Source: an uncultured cyanobacterium
GTDB taxonomy: Bacteria; Cyanobacteriota; Cyanobacteriia; Phormidesmidales; Phormidesmidaceae
DNA length: 64,000 nucleotides
Direction of reading: 5' to 3'
Assembly (NCBI GenBank): GCA_963793265.1
Contig: CAWBZI010000006.1
Location: 640,001-704,000 of the forward strand
Within the stretch, counting starts at the first letter, position 1. Every line of letters begins with the position of its first letter. Under the pieces are notes generated by a model, which saw nothing but the letters and a program-made list of their open reading frames with translations, ran no database searches and was not told the origin of the DNA. Shown here one piece after another: positions 56,595 through 64,000 of the stretch. The position numbers and the translations under genes were made by a program.

Positions 56595-57845
56595 CTATAC
56601 GAAGTGAGCACTATACTCTAGGCTAATGTGCGCCGTATTTTGTAAGAAGGCAATGCGATCGCCCTGAAATAAAATCTGCGTGCTACCATCACTTTCTTGC
56701 ACAGCATAATCACTCGCTGAGCCCGAGAGCACAAGCTTATCTTTGCCCACCATAAAGTCAGCAATTCCGGCAAAATCATGAACACCATCACCGACGTAAT
56801 AAGCGCCATTAGCATCGCCCAAAACAAACTTGTCGTAGCCATCGCCGCTGATAATAAAGTCTTGCTCACCGCGACCCGCGTTTTTAGCGTCCGTGCCATT
56901 CAAGATATCATCACCCAGCAGTCCGGTAAGCGTATCGTCGCCCGCGCCGCCTTCTAGAAAGTCACCGCCGACGCCGCCAATCATCGTGTCGTCGCCATGA
57001 CCACCAAAGATGCGATCGCTGCCACCACCACCTTCTAGCGTATCATCGCCACCCGCGCCGTATATCTTGTCGTCGCCCGCGCCACCTTCTATTATGTTGT
57101 CTTCATCATCACCAACAATATCGTCATTAAAGGCCGTGCCCACCACATTCTCGATACTGCTCAGGTGCTCACGACCATAAATACCATCGGCAAACTCTTC
57201 TTCTAAGTCAACGCGCACCGCACCTTTGCTATCCAAGAAAGAAACCGTGTCGTTGCCAAAGCCGCCGTCGAGAAAGTCTAGGCCATCGCCGCCCTGCAAA
57301 AAGTCGTTACCGTTTCCACCGAACAATTCATCGTCACCGTTGCCGCCAAATAGATCGTCATTGCCATGGTCGCCAAAGAGAGTATCGTCGCCATTGTCAC
57401 CAAAGAGAAAGTCGTTACCATCTTCTCCTTCTAGCAGATCGTTGCCATCGCCACCGTGAATGTTGTCGATGCCGTCGCCGCCAAATAGCTCGTCGTTACC
57501 GAGCCCACCTTTAAGCAAATCATTGCCATCATCGCCCCATAACTCATCGTGACCGCTACCCCCAATTAAGGTATCGTCACCGTTGCCACCTGTGAGTTCA
57601 TCATCACCGTTGCCACCGTCTACAACGTCGTTACCATCTTCTCCTTCTACAAAGTCATCGCCATCGCCGCCATATAGCTTGTCGTAGCCGTCGCCACCAA
57701 AGATTTCATCGTGACCGCCTAAGCCAAAAAGGATGTCGTTGCCACCAAATCCATCAATCCAGTCGCTTTCGCCGGTACCAAATAGCTCATTAAAACCGTC
57801 ATCGCCCTCAACCCGATTGAAGGTCCAATACGAAAAGAATCCCAT
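56595..57845 (-). CDS. RTX (hemolysin-type) calcium-binding protein
   Basis: Many GGxGxDxLx nonamers; C-terminal FVLGDAN..Y..D...I.DF..LSGSASDY. Confidence 0.9.
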   Translation of the reverse strand: MGFFSYWTFNRVEGDDGFNELFGTGESDWIDGFGGNDILFGLGGHDEIFGGDGYDKLYGGDGDDFVEGEDGNDVVDGGNGDDELTGGNGDDTLIGGSGHDELWGDDGNDLLKGGLGNDELFGGDGIDNIHGGDGNDLLEGEDGNDFLFGDNGDDTLFGDHGNDDLFGGNGDDELFGGNGNDFLQGGDGLDFLDGGFGNDTVSFLDSKGAVRVDLEEEFADGIYGREHLSSIENVVGTAFNDDIVGDDEDNIIEGGAGDDKIYGAGGDDTLEGGGGSDRIFGGHGDDTMIGGVGGDFLEGGAGDDTLTGLLGDDILNGTDAKNAGRGEQDFIISGDGYDKFVLGDANGAYYVGDGVHDFAGIADFMVGKDKLVLSGSASDYAVQESDGSTQILFQGDRIAFLQNTAHISLEYSAHFV

Positions 57846-57949
57846 AAATTAATGCCTTGTGAGTAATTCTGATAGGAAGGTGAACTATTTGCTGCTGTTG
57901 ACGCTGTGGTTAACAGCAGCAAATAGTTCATCACATCAGTAAAACTATC

Positions 57950-57966
57950 ACATAACTTAGTTATGT
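57950..57966. promoter_or_regulatory. Palindromic operator candidate ACATAACT-T-AGTTATGT
   Basis: Perfect 8-bp inverted repeat upstream of the minus-strand arm; shares CATAACTT with the 20141 site. Confidence 0.45.
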
Positions 57967-58318
57967 TTACTTTCGCATAATTGGGGATTTATAAAAATAA
58001 GAACTCAGTAGCATATCTACAAATATTTCTGATTCTTCCTAAATATCTCTATGACTGTAGGAATGTCAGCTATGTTCCTGATCCCCTGCAAACAACACTT
58101 TTAAATATGAAAGTGCTATGTTTTTGCGTTGACTATATCTAATAAGACACATAAATTGCGTTCTGTTGCATTCACATTAGCCAGATATATATCAGAAATT
58201 GTCAGACAAAAGGAAAACTTATAATTCGTATTTGATATTACATTCCTGATTTGCGCTGATCCTAGCGAATCAGAATACTTTTTAGGATAGACTTAAACAC
58301 ATGCAGATTCAGTTACCG

Positions 58319-58334
58319 ATAGATGTTTATCTAT
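58319..58334 (+). promoter_or_regulatory. NdhR/CcmR-type box ATAG-N8-CTAT
   Basis: ATAG-ATGTTTAT-CTAT about 180 bp upstream of sbtA, a known NdhR target. Confidence 0.7.
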
Positions 58335-58510
58335 ATTAAAACGGGTTGAATACAGCTTCGCTCCCTGCCACGTTCAGAAAAAGGCCACCTCTGGACACCC
58401 TAGCTGCAGGTTTTCTCGTAGCAACTCTGCTGTCGGGGTGAAGCGCTTCACCCTTTCTTTTCTCAACTTTGTTAAAGCTCACTTATTGCAGTTTAAGGAG
58501 GAGTTCCATC

Positions 58511-59897
<1,387 letters not shown>

Positions 59898-59923
59898 CTA
59901 CAGACAACGCAGATCTCAATACG

Positions 59924-59961
59924 AGTCTACGGAGGGAACATTATTGCCTTCGTAGACTTTT
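59924..59961 (+). terminator. Rho-independent terminator after sbtB
   Basis: AGTCTACGGAGG pairs with CCTTCGTAGACT, followed by a T run. Confidence 0.7.
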
Positions 59962-60015
59962 CACGTAATAGCGATGTTTTCCAAGGTGTCCAAAAGCTAG
60001 AGAAAATGGACTATT

Positions 60016-60170
60016 CTAATCCTCAAAAATCTTTGCAATAGTTGCCATTGGCAGAAATAAAGATGTGTCGCGATCTTCAAAAGGAATAAAGTCATACTTT
60101 AGCCAGAACGCCTTTGCACTATCGTCAATGGCATCTACGATTACGCTATCTAAACCTAGCCGAGAAGGGA
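60016..60170 (-). pseudogene. C-terminal remnant of an AtaT/TacT-like GNAT toxin
   Basis: Manual translation LGLDSVIVDAIDDSAKAFWLKYDFIPFEDRDTSLFLPMATIAKIFED*; N-terminal part absent. Confidence 0.7.
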
Positions 60171-60223
60171 TTTTGAGTTGTCACAATAGCTGCAATACAC
60201 CTAAATTAACTGGCCAGAGAACA

Positions 60224-60656
60224 CTAAGCGTCAATAGTGTACTTTCTTCTATATTGAGATGCTGCGGCTCCGAGATTCTTAGAAGGTGCAGGTGGATCGT
60301 CTATAGCCTCAATGAATATTGCTGGGTCTCTATCAGAGAGAGACAGTCTTTCGTGCTCTTTAATAGAGCTGTTGCGATATAAGAAAAATAATGGCTGAAA
60401 CCACTGCTACATAAAGCATTCAGCGATTTTACTCAAAAAACGTCTGAATTCGCTGCTATATAAGGGTTACAGCGATTTTTGAGTCTTATTACGCAACACG
60501 TCTAATAACTTCAATTGCCCGCTCTACCGTAGCGTCTGTAATGAAGCTAGTAAGATCCTGTCCAGCCAAAGCTGCCGCCTTCTTTAAAATGGCTTTGTTT
60601 TGAGCAGTCACACGGCAGTGAACTCTCTCGATTTTTCCTTTGGGTGCAGCAGTCAT
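60224..60656 (-). pseudogene. DUF1778 (AtaR/TacA-like) antitoxin interrupted by a MITE
   Basis: N-half ...KKAAALAGQDLTSFI..ERAIEVI and C-half KEHERLSLSDRD..FIEAIDDPPAPS join in frame once the insert is removed. Confidence 0.85.
60366..60502. mobile_element. 137-bp MITE
   Basis: Imperfect 19-bp TIRs GAGCTGTTGCGATATAAGA / GACGTGTTGCGTAATAAGA (15/19), flanked by TAATA direct repeats at 60361-60365 and 60503-60507. Confidence 0.85.
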
Positions 60657-60666
60657 CGTTTTACAC

Positions 60667-60741
60667 AGCTGGATTGGCTTTGAAGACATCCAGGCTTGCC
60701 TCAGCTATGCCAGCGCTGCGCTCAAGTCTGAAAAAGTTTAG
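60667..60741 (+). pseudogene. C-terminal remnant of a DUF433 protein
   Basis: Manual translation SWIGFEDIQACLSYASAALKSEKV* matches the DUF433 tail (EDIxACLxYA). Confidence 0.5.
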
Positions 60742-60757
60742 AACACGTTACCAACTA

Positions 60758-63263
60758 TCAAGACAGACAAGCACTAGCGCTGACTCGTGAGATTTGTTGA
60801 GGTGCGCGGATATCTGAGAACAAGGCGATCACACGCCCAAAACAATCCCCATAACTCACCTCACCACTTTCAAGCATACTCAGCCCACACTGAAAATGCG
60901 CCTCCGCCAAATCGCACTGCGCCCCAATCTTTTCACACAGCTCTATCGCCTGAGCATGAAGCACCAAAGCCGCCGCATACTCACCCTGCTGCCGATGCAA
61001 AACAGCCAGTCCAGTTAGCGCCTTCGCCTTCACCTGTATGTAATGGCCCGACTCTGCAAATTCAATTGCTCTTTCATATAAAACGTTAGCTTTTTGCAAG
61101 TCGCCCAGACTATTAAACGTTTGACCCAATAGCTGTAGAGAAGTAGGCAGAGCGTCCGTGTCGATCGGCAGAGCCAGCCGTCAGCTTTCCATAAAGACTG
61201 TTAGCAAGCTTAGCGGCCCTGTCATCTCCTAAGTAGGCATACACTAAGGCCAATCCCACCTTTGCTTTATCAGCCCACGCTTGATGAGCCGTACCCGAGG
61301 CCAGCGCAATCACCTCTTCAAACTGTTCAGCCGCCTGCGCAAGCTCCCATAGATCTATGGAGTAGAGGCCAATGCTCAAGTGTGCATCTACTACAAGCAT
61401 TTGAAAGTAATAGGTATCGCGATCGCACGAAAGCAACACCCCCTGTTCAAAATCACACTCTAAATATTGTTCTACTTGAGCACCCTGCGGCAAAGCCTGC
61501 CGCCGCTGAGACTGTTCTACTTCAGCCTCAGCTAGCGTTTTCTCCTGACAGGCGATCGCACTATGAATCCGCCCCGTAATCCAATACACATCGCCCAAAA
61601 TATTATTCAGCTCACTCCGCCCCTGCTCCACGTGAGGCAGCACTTGAGTAATCGCATTAATCACCGGCTGCAATAGCCCCATCCGATACAGGCTACTCGC
61701 CAGCGGCAAAAACTGATGCCACCGATTATGACGACTTTGCAACAGCACCGCAGCAGCGCCATCATAGTCTTGCGCCGCAATCAAATGGTAGTAAGCCTCA
61801 AGCGCTTGCAGGCCATCTTCTACCGACACGATTTGGCTCACGCGATCGCGCCAATACCCAGCCGCCGAGTAATTCGCCCGCAGCCACTCGCCCTCTAGCC
61901 GCAGCCGAGAAATCGCCACCGCCCGGCTCACTGGATGTAGCCAATAGTTGCCCTTGCGAAACTCCAACAAAGAACGATCCCGCAAAGAATTTATCGTTTG
62001 CCTGTGCTGATCAGAGTTAATATCCCACATCAGCGCCGCGATCGCCTCAGCCCTCAGCGTCGGCTGCTCTTGGTACCGATAGCAGCCCAGCCGACAAAAC
62101 ACCTTATACGCATCATCATCCAACGCCTGCAACCGAGACACCTGACTCACTACCAAATTCCGTAAGTCAGTCGGCCCCAGCAAATCGGTTTCATTCTCCT
62201 GCCAATAAGCCGCCAAATCCCCCTCAAAGTCTTCTAATACCGCCGCATACACAATCTCCATTGCCTTAGCATTGCCACCATAGGCCCGATGCATTTTAAC
62301 CAGTATGCTCTCATTTTCTACCGTGATTCCAGTTGCAAAAAACTGTTGCCAAGCCTCTACACTCAGCCCTGGCAACCTGTAGTGGTGCACCTTTACACCC
62401 GGTTCGCAGAGGCGATCGCGACTCGTCATTACCACGCTCACCCGCGCATCTATCAGCATCCGCAACAGCTCTACATAGCGGCGATGCTGAGCAATCAACT
62501 GACCGTTTCTATCCAACGCAGGCTCCAAATTATCAATCAGTACGCCCGTCGAGAAACCAGTGCGATCGCCTGAGAGCAAACGCTGCTTCAGCCGACTCAG
62601 CGTCACCCCAAACGCTCGCCCCGGCTCCTCGTCAAAATGCTGTCGCAGCCACTCTTCTGCGACGCTCTCAGCCGGTGTGATGTTCGCCGACTCTTTCGCC
62701 ATCGGCAGCTCAAACACTCGCTCAAACCGCTGGCAATACTGCTGCGCAAGCGTCGTCTTACCAATGCCGCCCTCCCCCTGAATAACAATCATCTGGTGAG
62801 TCTGAGCGAGCGTGTGTAGCGTTTGGAGCGCTTGAGTTCTACCTACAAAAATAGGAATTGTAGCCGTAGCGTCAGCGGCGATGAGTGGCAGCAAGGTTGG
62901 CACTAAAGCCTGTGAAGCAGCCTGTGAAGAATACTGGGGAAAGGCCGGTCTAGCGACGCTGGCAATGGATTCGTAGGTGTTGGGCGCGGCGTTTTTGACC
63001 GTGCGTTTGACACGGTTGATTAGGCGCGATCGCAAATTTCCTTTCGTGATGCGCTCGCCCAAAGCCTCCGACAGCACCCGCCAAAGCTGAGAGGCCACAT
63101 CCTTAATATGGCCTTCGCTATAGCCTGCAGCCGACGCCACCTGCGAATAGGTGCGACCCTGCCAGCTCTGCTGAATAATCCGGCTTTGCAAATCGCTCAA
63201 ATGTTGGCCGGTGCGCTCATACAGCAGTTGGTCAGCATACTCAATCGCCGTATCTATCCTCAT
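60758..63263 (-). pseudogene. HTH + NB-ARC/STAND ATPase + TPR protein, frameshifted near 61140
   Basis: N-term QSWQG.TY..VA...GYSEGHIKD..SQLW; Walker A GEGGIGKT; IDNLE. The TPR tail continues in another frame (YF/LQLLGQTFN). Confidence 0.75.
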
Positions 63264-63514
63264 ATCGCCCCGTGCTCTATCGCTATCACTCCTCGTTCAA
63301 AAGTAGACTACCAGCTACGCGCTGGATGTTCCGAACACAGCGAACCCTTTTGCCCCAGCTTATTGAGAGTTCACTGAGTCTTCATCATGACATCCCTTTG
63401 CGTAGTCTCAGCGCCATCCTACTTTTAACCAGACTTTTTCCGACTGACATTCTCCCGCCGTAACCCTAACTTGATAGGTGAAGCCACTCTTAGAGGCCAT
63501 CCACCTTGCTCGCA

Positions 63515-64000
63515 ATGTCGTCACTAAAGCCCAGCCACACGCCGATAAGAATCGCCGCCCTATCGGTAAATAAAACAACATATGAAACGAACTATCTAAG
63601 CGACAGACAGCTTAGCGATCGCATAGAAAATACCGTTCAAACGCATCTCTCACTAGATAACTTACAACAGCTTCTCAAGCAAGCCATCTCGCAACAAATC
63701 ACTTTAGAACAACAAACTAGAACGCGCGCTCAGTCGGCTATGGTTTCAGCGATCGCTCCCGACTCTATCAGCTCCGAATCCGCCACTATAGAATCCATCG
63801 CCACAGCGTACGGCACCACCTGCGTTCTCATCTGGCAGTCCCTCTGGCACCCCACCCCTCTTTCAAAATTTAGTCAGCAAATCCAGCAGCTCTGCCTCAC
63901 CTGGGCAGCCGCAAAACGACACTCATCCGGCCATCCCTTCTTAGCTAATCACCCCACATCCTTTGCCGCCCTCCAAGCCAAATGGCAAAACCCACATATC
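63515..64000 (+). CDS. Hypothetical protein, 3'-partial
   Basis: Frame is open from ATG 63515 to the window end (162 codons, manual translation); no recognisable motif. Confidence 0.45.
   Translation, partial: MSSLKPSHTPIRIAALSVNKTTYETNYLSDRQLSDRIENTVQTHLSLDNLQQLLKQAISQQITLEQQTRTRAQSAMVSAIAPDSISSESATIESIATAYGTTCVLIWQSLWHPTPLSKFSQQIQQLCLTWAAAKRHSSGHPFLANHPTSFAALQAKWQNPHI

Noticed and set aside
56930..57800. 27-bp periodic DNA repeats
   Set aside because: Explained by RTX nonapeptide coding.
60065..60382. 105-aa plus-strand ORF
   Set aside because: Antisense to recognisable toxin and antitoxin remnants.

Overview
Cyanobacterial chromosomal window: abundant HIP1 GCGATCGC octamers, plus sbtAB, flv4/flv2, an ARTO oxidase and sodN. 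The left third (1-20 kb) is mostly housekeeping and stress genes: GT25-like glycosyltransferase, GNAT, sodX/sodN, NucA-like nuclease, flv4-flv2 plus a Cys-rich ORF, the ARTO operon, NuiA, Cry-DASH, a tandem-duplicated MNT-HEPN pair and a YpfJ peptidase. The centre (about 20.2-57.9 kb) is a ~38 kb biosynthetic gene cluster made of two convergent arms. Its core is FAAL, ACP, a CylC-type dimetal-carboxylate halogenase, a KS with a dead AT, a second ACP, and a TubC-type docking domain fused to a class II aldolase-like domain. Tailoring genes are two SDRs, four GT28 (MGDG-synthase-like) glycosyltransferases (one fused to an aldonolactone-oxidase-type FAD domain), UDP-galactopyranose mutase, a GMC oxidoreductase, a DegT aminotransferase, a phytol/dolichol-kinase-like protein and a CylK/BrtB-like RTX beta-propeller. 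Three DHA2 MFS pumps and an RND pump with a fused pseudo-receiver domain complete it. There is no resorcinol-forming enzyme, so this looks like an undescribed cryptic-halogenation/alkylation pathway to a glycosylated lipid. The right end has sbtAB with an NdhR-type box, a decayed toxin-antitoxin region (DUF1778 antitoxin split by a 137-bp MITE, GNAT and DUF433 remnants), a frameshifted HTH-STAND-TPR gene and a partial ORF. All family calls come from motif recognition and recalled sequences; no searches were run.
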